Source of the DNA: an uncultured virus (IMG/VR IMGVR_UViG_3300029951_000448)
Taxonomy: Duplodnaviria > Heunggongvirae > Uroviricota > Caudoviricetes
Direction: 5' to 3' (one strand)
Length of the DNA: 20,000 nt
IMG/VR virus record: IMGVR_UViG_3300029951_000448
Below the pieces are notes generated by a model that was not told the origin of the DNA, made no database searches, and saw only the letters and a program-made list of their open reading frames with translations. Every line of letters begins with the position of its first letter. The stretch's first letter is position 1. Position numbers and translations under genes: made by a program. This document shows, piece by piece, positions 6,681 to 14,674 of the stretch.

Positions 6681-6709
6681 TTGACAAATAGGTCCGATGG
6701 GCCTACCTT
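6681..6709 (+). promoter_or_regulatory. Strong sigma70 promoter with a 17-bp palindromic operator
   Basis: TTGACA (6681-6686), 17 bp, TACCTT (6704-6709). TAGGTCC-GAT-GGGCCTA (6689-6705, one mismatch) covers the spacer and -10. A 5' hairpin ACCTCGC-acacc-GCGAGGT follows at 6722-6740. Confidence 0.85.
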
Positions 6710-6762
6710 ATCCGTACTGGTACCTCGCACACCGCGAGGTCCGATATCCCGAAAGGACGATC

Positions 6763-7932
6763 ATGAAACTCAGCTTTCGTGCGATTTTTCGCGCGCTTGG
6801 AATTCCCGATGCACTACGAACCACCCACACCGGAACAGATCGAGGCGCTGAAAAAAACACTCGGCATGGACGGAAACCAGATGGCCGATCTGTTCGGAAT
6901 TGCGGACAGGCGCGCGTTTCGCCGGTACACAGCCAGAAATGGGAAGGACGAAAACAAGCGGCAGATCAGCGCGTACATGCTCTTCTTCGCCATGGCAAGG
7001 CTCGAATTGAGCGACGAGGCTATCGAACGAATCCTTGCTCGCATGCGGCAGGCAGGGGCTACGATCGATCTGTCGGCATCCGCTGGCGACTCGCAGCAGT
7101 AGCCGCGCTGTCGGCATGTCTTGCTGCGTGCGGCGGCGGTTCAGGCGCAAACCCGACAGACGTAGTCAAGCCCGTCATTCCGGCATCTACGCTAGCCAGT
7201 TCGCCAGTAGCGGCATCCTCGCCGGCCCCCGCGTCAAGTCCCGCGGCATCTGCACCTTTGGCCGGATCCACGCCAGCAGCACCGTCAGCCATGGCATCAA
7301 CTCCAGCCATTGGCATCGTCTTCTATGGCGACGATCAGGTATTTGGCGATGTCATCAACCAGTTCGGCATGGTGACCCTGACTTCGCCGACCGAGCCGGC
7401 TGCGCTCCAATCCCTTCTGCAATCCAGTCTCAACGACTCTGGCGTGACGGTGGCGAACTCGTCATCAGGCGGAACATCGTCATCGCTGCAGAACGAACTC
7501 GCCGGCATGGACGGGATGGGCCAAGGCGAACCCGCGCGAATGATCGCCTCGGGCGCCAAGGTCACCGTCCAGGCGCATTCAATCAATGACTTCCTAGGTG
7601 GCGAAACAGTCGAGGAATATCAGGCGGATCTCGTCACATGGGTTGAGGATGCGCAGGCAAACGGCATCCAGCCGGTCTTGCAGGAACCGTCTCCGGTTTG
7701 CGATGCGAGCAACCCACTCCAATCGGAATATGTCGCTGCGATTGATAGCGTCGGGCAGCAACTCAATGTGCCGGTGATTCCGATATACAACTACGTGCAA
7801 TCGCTGCCAGACTGGTCTGCGCACATGCAGAGTTGCGAGATTCCGGATGCGTACCTGGATCAACTGGAGGCGGAACAAGCACAAGCGATCATCGCGCCGC
7901 TCGTCAAAGCAATTATCGGAGGTCAATCATGA
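6763..7932 (+). CDS. SGNH/GDSL-fold lipoprotein with degenerate catalytic residues; start uncertain (ATG 6763 or non-canonical ATC 7078)
   Basis: Lipobox LAAC (Cys codon 7129-7131), Pro/Ala/Ser linker, then SGNH blocks FYGDD, SSGGTS, HSIND, QEPSP, CEIPD. Confidence 0.8.
   Translation: MKLSFRAIFRALGIPDALRTTHTGTDRGAEKNTRHGRKPDGRSVRNCGQARVSPVHSQKWEGRKQAADQRVHALLRHGKARIERRGYRTNPCSHAAGRGYDRSVGIRWRLAAVAALSACLAACGGGSGANPTDVVKPVIPASTLASSPVAASSPAPASSPAASAPLAGSTPAAPSAMASTPAIGIVFYGDDQVFGDVINQFGMVTLTSPTEPAALQSLLQSSLNDSGVTVANSSSGGTSSSLQNELAGMDGMGQGEPARMIASGAKVTVQAHSINDFLGGETVEEYQADLVTWVEDAQANGIQPVLQEPSPVCDASNPLQSEYVAAIDSVGQQLNVPVIPIYNYVQSLPDWSAHMQSCEIPDAYLDQLEAEQAQAIIAPLVKAIIGGQS
6809..7102 (+). CDS. XRE/KorC-like helix-turn-helix repressor (97 aa)
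   Basis: MHYEPPTPEQIEALKKTLGMDGNQMADLFGIADRRAFRRYT is an HTH pattern; the gene lies directly behind a palindromic operator. Confidence 0.8.
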   Translation: MHYEPPTPEQIEALKKTLGMDGNQMADLFGIADRRAFRRYTARNGKDENKRQISAYMLFFAMARLELSDEAIERILARMRQAGATIDLSASAGDSQQ

Positions 7933-8669
7933 AGCGCTCCGCGAGAAACACTGTCAGTCGTGGCCGTGGCTGGCGTGCGGCAGCTGTTGCCGCAACTATG
8001 GGATGCGCTTCTGTGTCTCATGCCGATGGCATTGATGACTACGTCCATCTAGAACTCGGTGCCGGTGCGTCGAGATACGAACACCAGGCGGATGGCACGT
8101 GGTGGCAAGAGGGCATGCAGCACGATCTCGGTCTAAGCGCACCAGTGCTGATGCTTGGCCTGACTGGGCCGCTGTACACCCGAGAATCGTGGGGCATCGA
8201 CTGGCATATCGACTATGTTTCGCTCGGGCACGTATCGAGCCAGTGCGAATGCACGCCCGACGACTCTAATTACAATACCCAGACCCATCAGCTAAATCCG
8301 GTGCTGCACGCTGTACCGAACGCCAATTTCGTCGGCAACGGGAACGCCCAAGGCGTAGCGCTTACGATCGAACCGTACTTCCGGTATCAAAAATGGCGCT
8401 TCGGCATCGAGGGCGGCCTGTTCCCTTACCGGCCCGACTGGAACGAGACCATCTACGGCTGGCAGGGCAATACGAGCGTGGCTCCGCAAACCCTGCACGC
8501 CGATACGCCGCACGCGTGGCAACTCGGCGAGGTTGTTGGCGTGTCGGTCAGCCGCGGGCCATTCTCTGTCGCCTATCAACACTATTTCATGCCCACCCGG
8601 TTCGACGCGCAGCACTCTCCGGCGATCTGGAAAGGGGCGGATGTGGTGATGGTGAAGTACCGGTTCTAG
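7929..8669 (+). CDS. Outer-membrane beta-barrel protein (246 aa)
   Basis: ATGA overlap with the SGNH gene; signal peptide ending SHA; alternating amphipathic strands; C-terminal beta-signal VMVKYRF. Confidence 0.8.
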   Translation: MKRSARNTVSRGRGWRAAAVAATMGCASVSHADGIDDYVHLELGAGASRYEHQADGTWWQEGMQHDLGLSAPVLMLGLTGPLYTRESWGIDWHIDYVSLGHVSSQCECTPDDSNYNTQTHQLNPVLHAVPNANFVGNGNAQGVALTIEPYFRYQKWRFGIEGGLFPYRPDWNETIYGWQGNTSVAPQTLHADTPHAWQLGEVVGVSVSRGPFSVAYQHYFMPTRFDAQHSPAIWKGADVVMVKYRF

Positions 8670-8681
8670 CCGAAGAATCGT

Positions 8682-9650
8682 CTACAGTCGGTTGCTCTTT
8701 CGAAGAACAAAGAACAGGTCATCTGAGCGGATTTTCTTGGACGCGATCATTTCACGCTCAATGATTTGGAGCAGCCGCACTATCGCTACATGGTCTGGGT
8801 TGTCCGCAAAAAAATTGCCGGCGCGATATTGAAGAAGCCAGCGCAGCAGCGTGCCGCCCATTGGCTTCATGTCTACGACCGGGAAATTCGAAAACAGAAG
8901 CGTTCGGAGATCGGAGCTTCTAACAGATTCCGATACGTCGGCGTCACGCACCTCCTTAATGGTGCCAACTTCAAACCTTTCTGTGATCGCCCCCTCATTG
9001 TCCCGGAGATCGCGCCGGAAACTAGGGGGCAACAGATCGAACAACTCGATGATGATCGGCAGCACATCATGCTCGATCTGGAATCTGGTCGGCCCGAAGA
9101 AATCGATGCCGACAAAAATCCCATCGTCCTTCAAATAGCGATTGACGGCTGGCAAGAATGCTTCGAGGTCGGTAGCGTGGTGAATTGCGTGGCAACAAAA
9201 CACAACATCGAACTGCTCGTCGAGTTCCACGGGGTGATTAAAGTCAAACGCCTTGAACTCTGTCGAAACCAGTGGAAAGTCCTGGCCAAATCGCGATGAC
9301 GCGTGAGTCCGCAGACTCGAATCATATTCCAGCCCAACTAAACGGGATATAGGCCACGCATGCTGGCCGAGTAGCGTCGCCTCGATATGACCACTGCCGG
9401 AACCCAGCGATAGCATGCTCAGAGTGGGGCTGCCCGCCGCGCTGTTGGCAAGAGGCTGAATATGCTCTCTTCTAGCGTACGCCGCCCAGTGTCCGCCGTC
9501 TTCGATGGGGCGGCTAGAAACCAGTTCATTGACATATGCTCGCATGCCCGGTGCATGCATCCAGTCCAGCTTCTTTCGCATCTCCTGCCACTCAGCCGAC
9601 AGGGTGTGGCGGGTCGCCGTTACTTGATGATGCTCGGGTTGTTGTTCCAT
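8682..9650 (-). CDS. Class I SAM-dependent methyltransferase (moron)
   Basis: Motif I LSLGSGSG, acidic VGLEYD, motif II FDVVFCCHAIHH, motif III YLKDDGIF. Confidence 0.85.
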   Translation of the reverse strand: MEQQPEHHQVTATRHTLSAEWQEMRKKLDWMHAPGMRAYVNELVSSRPIEDGGHWAAYARREHIQPLANSAAGSPTLSMLSLGSGSGHIEATLLGQHAWPISRLVGLEYDSSLRTHASSRFGQDFPLVSTEFKAFDFNHPVELDEQFDVVFCCHAIHHATDLEAFLPAVNRYLKDDGIFVGIDFFGPTRFQIEHDVLPIIIELFDLLPPSFRRDLRDNEGAITERFEVGTIKEVRDADVSESVRSSDLRTLLFSNFPVVDMKPMGGTLLRWLLQYRAGNFFADNPDHVAIVRLLQIIEREMIASKKIRSDDLFFVLRKSNRL

Positions 9651-9731
9651 GGTGCGAGATGTCCGATTGAAGGGCCAATTAGTCAGCGCATACTAGCAGA
9701 ATGGCTACCTCAATCGGGCATCATCGCGAGC

Positions 9732-9980
9732 TCAAATTGCCGTTCCTTGCGGTGGTGCGAAGGACCATGCGCCATTCGCTTCTACGGCCGTCCACCAACA
9801 CGCCGGCTGAGGCGTCGCAGCCGTGATGTCGACGAGATCCGCGACAAACTCCGCAGTGAACCGATCGTTAATAGGAACCTCGTTGCCTTCTGCGTCCGTT
9901 GCGGGACCGATGATTTCCATCACCGTAGGTTGCGAGAATGTCGAATCAATGCGCGCGTACGTTTTCACGATGGTCCTCAT
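9732..9980 (-). CDS. Tail fibre assembly/chaperone-like protein
   Basis: 82 aa, ATGA-coupled to the fibre gene; YARID...RFTAEFVADLVDIT...WSFAPP. Confidence 0.7.
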   Translation of the reverse strand: MRTIVKTYARIDSTFSQPTVMEIIGPATDAEGNEVPINDRFTAEFVADLVDITAATPQPACWWTAVEANGAWSFAPPQGTAI

Positions 9981-11677
9981 GCGTATTCGTAAATGACTAT
10001 CTGGCCTTTGACGCCCGCACCCCCCACCTGTGCGGCGCCACTCGATGCGGTGAATGACCCTGAGCCGCCTTGACCAAACTGCGAACCGCTAGCGCCAGTC
10101 CCGGTGCCAGAACTCCCGACAATGCCGCCGCTATAACCCGGCGATATGCCTCCTGTCCCGGATATTGCAACGCCTGAATTAATACAGATAATGCCCATGC
10201 CGGCATTTCCCGGCTGGGTAAGAATAGTTTCAAGTACTGCACCAATCGTAGGATTTGGCAATGTAGTCGAATTGCCCGCTATGATCGGTCCCGGGGTCGG
10301 CCCCTGTGGGCCGCCTCCGGGACCGCCTGGGCATGACGCTAGCGTACCCAGGCTACTGGTACCGCCAGTTTGGCCCGGGGCGCCGGTTCCTGCAGTACTG
10401 CCGGCCGCACCGACAGTCCCGGCAATCGAAGTCACACCCGACAGCGAAAATCGAATTACTGCGCGGCTACCCGAGTGTCCTGCGGTTCCAAATCCGGCTG
10501 TGCTCGAAGTCGCTGCAGGACTGCCACCACCTTGTCCGCCGCCTCCCTGAATGTCGGCAATGGCCGTCGTAGCGCCTGGCGTCGGCGTATAGGTGAATGC
10601 TCCCGGCGTGTTGAAGATCTGGACATTGAGCAACCGCCCCGTTGCCTGCCCAAGCTGCATGGCATGCTGGGATGCGGTGGCGGGGGCGATTTGAATTGCA
10701 GCGCCCGTGCATTCAACGAGTACCCACGAAGTGACGTCCTGACGCCAGATCAGGTTTGCGCGACCGCCGGCAATCAGTTCGCCGCCTTGCAGTGCTGAAT
10801 GTGCCGCGCCGATGACGGGCGATGCGGTGACGACACCGGGGTTCGGCGTGAAGGTCGATGCACCTGTGTTGGCTGTCTTGATCTTGACCCAGACGTCCAT
10901 TCCATCGGTCAGCGTCGCGACCGGGATGGGGAAGGTGGCCTGATACGTGTTCGCGCTGCCGTTGTCGACCCCGTACGTCAGGTTGCTCGTCAGGATAGAT
11001 TGCAGGATGCCGTTAGGCAGGATCGGCGAGCCCGTGTATTGGGCGATGTTGCTGGAGGTCAGCGACGTGGCGCCAAACGGCACCGTGACGACCCAGATAC
11101 CGATCCAGCCGGTGTCGGGTGACGGAGTGACCTGGCTGCCGGTCGTGGCCGCAGTGCCCGCCTTGATCTGATAGGCAACAACGCCATCACGGAACGTGTT
11201 CGACGTCGATCCGCTGTTGTTCGGGCCGGACCAGGGCGAAGTCGGGTTGGTGCTATTGAAGAACTGCAGCACGACCGGCGAATTGCCCGTAGTCGGATCC
11301 AGACTGATGTCCGAATCTTGGTACTGCGTTTCGATCAAATATGCTATCGACTGGCCGCTGGTCGTCGGGGCGGCGAATGTTGCAGTCGTGACCGTGCCGA
11401 GCTGGATACCCTGCTTGAGGATACTGCTTGAGGTGTTTTGGGGGAGCGTGCCGCAAGCGGTCGCCTCGAGCGGCTCAATCTGGTACACCTCACCCGCACC
11501 GAGTTGAACGGCCATCGTAGCAGGGCCAGTCGGCGTACAGGCAAGACCGTTCACCGTGCCGCCAACGCCAAAGAGTGCAGAGCATACCTTGGCAATGCCC
11601 GTCATGGTGTACTGGGCCTGAGCGGAGAACGCCCACTCGTACACCTGTTGGCCCACGTACGTTTCGATTCGACGCAT
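9977..11677 (-). CDS. Tail fibre protein with Gly-rich C-terminal domain (566 aa)
   Basis: Follows the baseplate wedge genes; SD GGAG before MRRIETY; 'GRLLNVQIFNTPGAFTYTPTPG...GGGGQGGG...GQIVIYEYA' glycine-rich domain. Confidence 0.88.
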   Translation of the reverse strand: MRRIETYVGQQVYEWAFSAQAQYTMTGIAKVCSALFGVGGTVNGLACTPTGPATMAVQLGAGEVYQIEPLEATACGTLPQNTSSSILKQGIQLGTVTTATFAAPTTSGQSIAYLIETQYQDSDISLDPTTGNSPVVLQFFNSTNPTSPWSGPNNSGSTSNTFRDGVVAYQIKAGTAATTGSQVTPSPDTGWIGIWVVTVPFGATSLTSSNIAQYTGSPILPNGILQSILTSNLTYGVDNGSANTYQATFPIPVATLTDGMDVWVKIKTANTGASTFTPNPGVVTASPVIGAAHSALQGGELIAGGRANLIWRQDVTSWVLVECTGAAIQIAPATASQHAMQLGQATGRLLNVQIFNTPGAFTYTPTPGATTAIADIQGGGGQGGGSPAATSSTAGFGTAGHSGSRAVIRFSLSGVTSIAGTVGAAGSTAGTGAPGQTGGTSSLGTLASCPGGPGGGPQGPTPGPIIAGNSTTLPNPTIGAVLETILTQPGNAGMGIICINSGVAISGTGGISPGYSGGIVGSSGTGTGASGSQFGQGGSGSFTASSGAAQVGGAGVKGQIVIYEYA

Positions 11678-11695
11678 GAATGCTCCGGACAAATG

Positions 11696-11722
11696 AAAAG
11701 GGCCGCGCAGTGGCGGCCCTTC
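11696..11722 (-). terminator. Terminator-like hairpin upstream of the fibre gene
   Basis: Minus strand GAAGGGCCGC-cactgc-GCGGCCC-TTTTCATTT. Confidence 0.7.
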
Positions 11723-11740
11723 AATGGATTGGTGTTGCGA

Positions 11741-12424
11741 TTAGTTCGAGATTGCGACGCCGATGTTTGTCGCGATCGGGCGGCATGCGTTGATTGCCGC
11801 AAAGATGTCGGCGTCAGACGCAGCGGTGGTCTCCTGGGAAAGAGAGCCCGTGTATCCGTGCGAAAGCGGCGTGGCCAACGCAGACCAGACTGCCGCATTG
11901 CAGTACGCGGCGCCCGCAGACCCTCCGCTAACGAGAGGCCGGAACGCAGTAATCAGGCATGTGAACGGCGCGGCAATTGAGCCCATACGAGATACGCCGC
12001 AGAAACTCGCGACGCCGGTATTTGCGCCCATGCATCCGGTGTCGAATGGTCGCGCCGGCTCGAAAATGATTGGCGCCCGACCCGTCAACTGCGTCAGCGT
12101 CTGGAACATCGCTGGACGCGTGGCCTTGGGCTGAAAGATCGCAATCTTGATGCGCGCGATATAACTCGCGTCGGACTCGTTAGGCTTGCGCGGCAGACTA
12201 TTGCCGAGAAAGTCATACGCCCAGATATCGATCCAGCCACCGCTTGATGTATCCAGACGCGTCTGCGCCCAGAAAAACATGATCAGCAGGTACATCACCG
12301 CGAAAACAGAGGCCATCCCGGCAATCAGGCCGCCAATGATCGGGGCCTGCGTGAGATCGCCAAACCAGCCCCGCGGGAGGTAAGTCTCGATGCGTGATTC
12401 GATATCGCCTTGATCTCCCGTCAT
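11741..12424 (-). CDS. Baseplate wedge protein (P2 gpI / Mu gp48-like)
   Basis: LPRGWF...SGGWIDIWAYDFLG...RKPNESDASYIARIK; position after the J-like gene. Confidence 0.75.
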   Translation of the reverse strand: MTGDQGDIESRIETYLPRGWFGDLTQAPIIGGLIAGMASVFAVMYLLIMFFWAQTRLDTSSGGWIDIWAYDFLGNSLPRKPNESDASYIARIKIAIFQPKATRPAMFQTLTQLTGRAPIIFEPARPFDTGCMGANTGVASFCGVSRMGSIAAPFTCLITAFRPLVSGGSAGAAYCNAAVWSALATPLSHGYTGSLSQETTAASDADIFAAINACRPIATNIGVAISN

Positions 12425-12425
12425 A

Positions 12426-13550
12426 TCAGGTCACCGTCACGCTGCCAGTTGTTGCACTAAAGACTTGCGTATAGGGAATCGATACGTCAGCGGTACCGCC
12501 ATTCAGCAGAAACCCCGCCGCGACGTTCGTCACGCCTGTCACGCCATAGGCTTGGGCGGAAAGACTCGTGTACGGCAGCGTTGCGCCGCTCGCAGTGGTT
12601 TCTATGCCGTTGATGTAGGCGATTAGTGCGGCCTGAACTGCCGACGCCAACGAGGCGGGCGTCACGCTCATAGAGACGGTGGTTGTTTCCGGCACGGGCG
12701 CATGTACGCTGTACGTCGAACACAGCGGGCGAACTGCCTCGACGACATTCTCGACGTTGGTCTGTTCGGTCGAATTCAGATTACCGCTGCCGTCGTTAGC
12801 AACGACCGTGAAGTACCCGTTTTGTGCCTGACCGTTGTACTGCTGGTTCTCAGCAATGATGCCGGTCATGTCTTGCTGCACGCTCTCGATGGCATTCATC
12901 ACCGCGAGAAGGGTGGCGGCTTCGAGGCTTGCGATAAACAGCACGAAACGCGCGCGCGCGGCAGTATCAGTTTCGGCGGCGACGCCGTTCTGGACCGTCG
13001 AACCGTTCGATACGAAATCGATGCCCGGGATCGCAGTTCCTAGTGTGTTCAGTGCGCCGGCAACGACATTGCCGATAGTGCCGGCGACCGTACATTGGAC
13101 TGTCGCATTGACACTCGCCTGACCAGCGGGGATGACATAGCCACCTTGAGCCGCGCTGTATGCGGTATTCGTGGTGTCTACGATGGTCGTGAATATCACT
13201 GAGCCATCGGACGATGTAACGTTGGCACCGACCGGGACCAATGCTGCATTCGTCGGCGTGAACCGTCCAAACGTCTCTTGCGTTGTGGCAGCAACTGCGG
13301 GTAGGCGCGAGAATCCGAACTGCGCAAACCACGAATCGAGATCCGTTTCGCTTGACGTCGCCGCACGCGTGAGCGCTGCGACCTGAAGAATCAGCCCTTG
13401 CAGCCAGAGCGCGACGCCTCCCATGGCTTCGCCGAGAGCAAGCAGTATCGACCCTACGCTGAAGTCGACCAATGACGACGCAGCACCTTGCACTGCCGTC
13501 GCCCAGTTCGAAATGATCGAGCCGAACGATTGTGTATTGAGATTCGCCAC
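12426..13550 (-). CDS. Baseplate J / gp47-family wedge protein
   Basis: DLDSW...FGFSRLPA, GTIGNV, GVAAETDTAARARF motifs. Confidence 0.9.
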   Translation of the reverse strand: MANLNTQSFGSIISNWATAVQGAASSLVDFSVGSILLALGEAMGGVALWLQGLILQVAALTRAATSSETDLDSWFAQFGFSRLPAVAATTQETFGRFTPTNAALVPVGANVTSSDGSVIFTTIVDTTNTAYSAAQGGYVIPAGQASVNATVQCTVAGTIGNVVAGALNTLGTAIPGIDFVSNGSTVQNGVAAETDTAARARFVLFIASLEAATLLAVMNAIESVQQDMTGIIAENQQYNGQAQNGYFTVVANDGSGNLNSTEQTNVENVVEAVRPLCSTYSVHAPVPETTTVSMSVTPASLASAVQAALIAYINGIETTASGATLPYTSLSAQAYGVTGVTNVAAGFLLNGGTADVSIPYTQVFSATTGSVTVT

Positions 13551-13961
13551 TTATGGTTCCTGACTCGTATCGAAGCTCACAAACTGCGGCGTCGCCGTAT
13601 TGGCGTCCGTGTACTGGATCACTGCGCTGACCGCGTTATTCGTTTGCGTCAGGGTGATGACTGGAGCGGGTTGAGCAGCAACCGCAGATTCAAGCAGCAT
13701 CTGGCCTTTGATCAGTGCGCGGGTCGCTGGGACGTTCCCGGGTGAGCCGACCTTGCGCGGCACGCCAGCCCCATAGGTCGGATGCCAGGTGTAGTCGGCT
13801 GACGCGACTGGATTGCCGCTCGCGTCTGAGAGCTGAGGATTGGTCAGCAGGCGCCGATAGACGCGCTGCGTGCCGGTTGTTGGCTGATCGGCAAGCAATA
13901 GGTCGCCCGAGGCAGAGACGGACAAATCGTTTCCGAAATAGTGAAAGCAATCGATGGTCAT
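13551..13961 (-). CDS. Baseplate/sheath initiator (gp25 / Mu gp46 / P2 W-like)
   Basis: DLSVSASGDLLL...QRVYRRLLTNP...WHPTYGAG; lies between spike and J-like genes. Confidence 0.75.
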   Translation of the reverse strand: MTIDCFHYFGNDLSVSASGDLLLADQPTTGTQRVYRRLLTNPQLSDASGNPVASADYTWHPTYGAGVPRKVGSPGNVPATRALIKGQMLLESAVAAQPAPVITLTQTNNAVSAVIQYTDANTATPQFVSFDTSQEP

Positions 13962-14674
13962 TGCGGTACGCCGCCGAGTCCAGAGCCGCCAGAGTTGACG
14001 TGCTGGTGAGTGCTGTCGACGCGGTGACCGTTGTTTGTGATCGATCCCGTCGAAGCGATGTTGCCGTTGATATTGAAAGTGCCGGTGATGTTCGAGGCGT
14101 TGCCGCTAGGATTCGTACCGGTGATCGTGATGCCAGCCTCACCAGTGATCGTTTCCGTCACCGTCAGCGTCCCGTTGATGGTCGTGTTGGCGTCGATCGT
14201 CAGTCCGCTGGCAAATGTCGCCGTGCCCGTACCATCGCCATTCATGACGACTGTGGAACCAGCTTTGTCGTTGAGCGTGACCTTCCCGTCGTTGGTCAGT
14301 TTCAGGAACTGCCCCTGCTGATGCACCGCCCAAATCTCGCCAGAAGGTACCGCAATAGCCTGCTGCGCCACCGAAAACACGCGTGCGACGATGGTTCCGC
14401 TGCTGAAGTCCCCGTTTTCGTAGACGACAAGCACCTGATCGTTGATCTGCGGGCCGACCGCAACACCCCATCCGTTACCGATCCCGATTGTACCGAGCGG
14501 CATCCAGTTAGACTCCTGCTCGCCCAGTTCCGGATCGACCGGCTGGACGATGACCTTGACCGCATGGTTCGATGCGTCGTAACTGCTGATCGTCGCAAGC
14601 CTGGGCGTCGTGAATTCAGCCTGCGATGTGCGCGCCTGCTGACGGATCGCGTTCGCCAGTTTGGCCATGCTCAT
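13958..14674 (-). CDS. Baseplate central spike (gpV/gp5 OB-fold)
   Basis: N-terminal OB fold (ISSYDASNHAVKV...SNWMP...GPQINDQVLV), beta-helix repeats, apex HxH (STHQH). Confidence 0.9.
   Translation of the reverse strand: MSMAKLANAIRQQARTSQAEFTTPRLATISSYDASNHAVKVIVQPVDPELGEQESNWMPLGTIGIGNGWGVAVGPQINDQVLVVYENGDFSSGTIVARVFSVAQQAIAVPSGEIWAVHQQGQFLKLTNDGKVTLNDKAGSTVVMNGDGTGTATFASGLTIDANTTINGTLTVTETITGEAGITITGTNPSGNASNITGTFNINGNIASTGSITNNGHRVDSTHQHVNSGGSGLGGVPQ

Noticed and set aside
9732..11740. Tail-fibre diversification system (invertase shufflon or DGR)
   Set aside because: No invertase, reverse transcriptase, inverted crossover sites or TR/VR repeat pair was seen by eye in this window.
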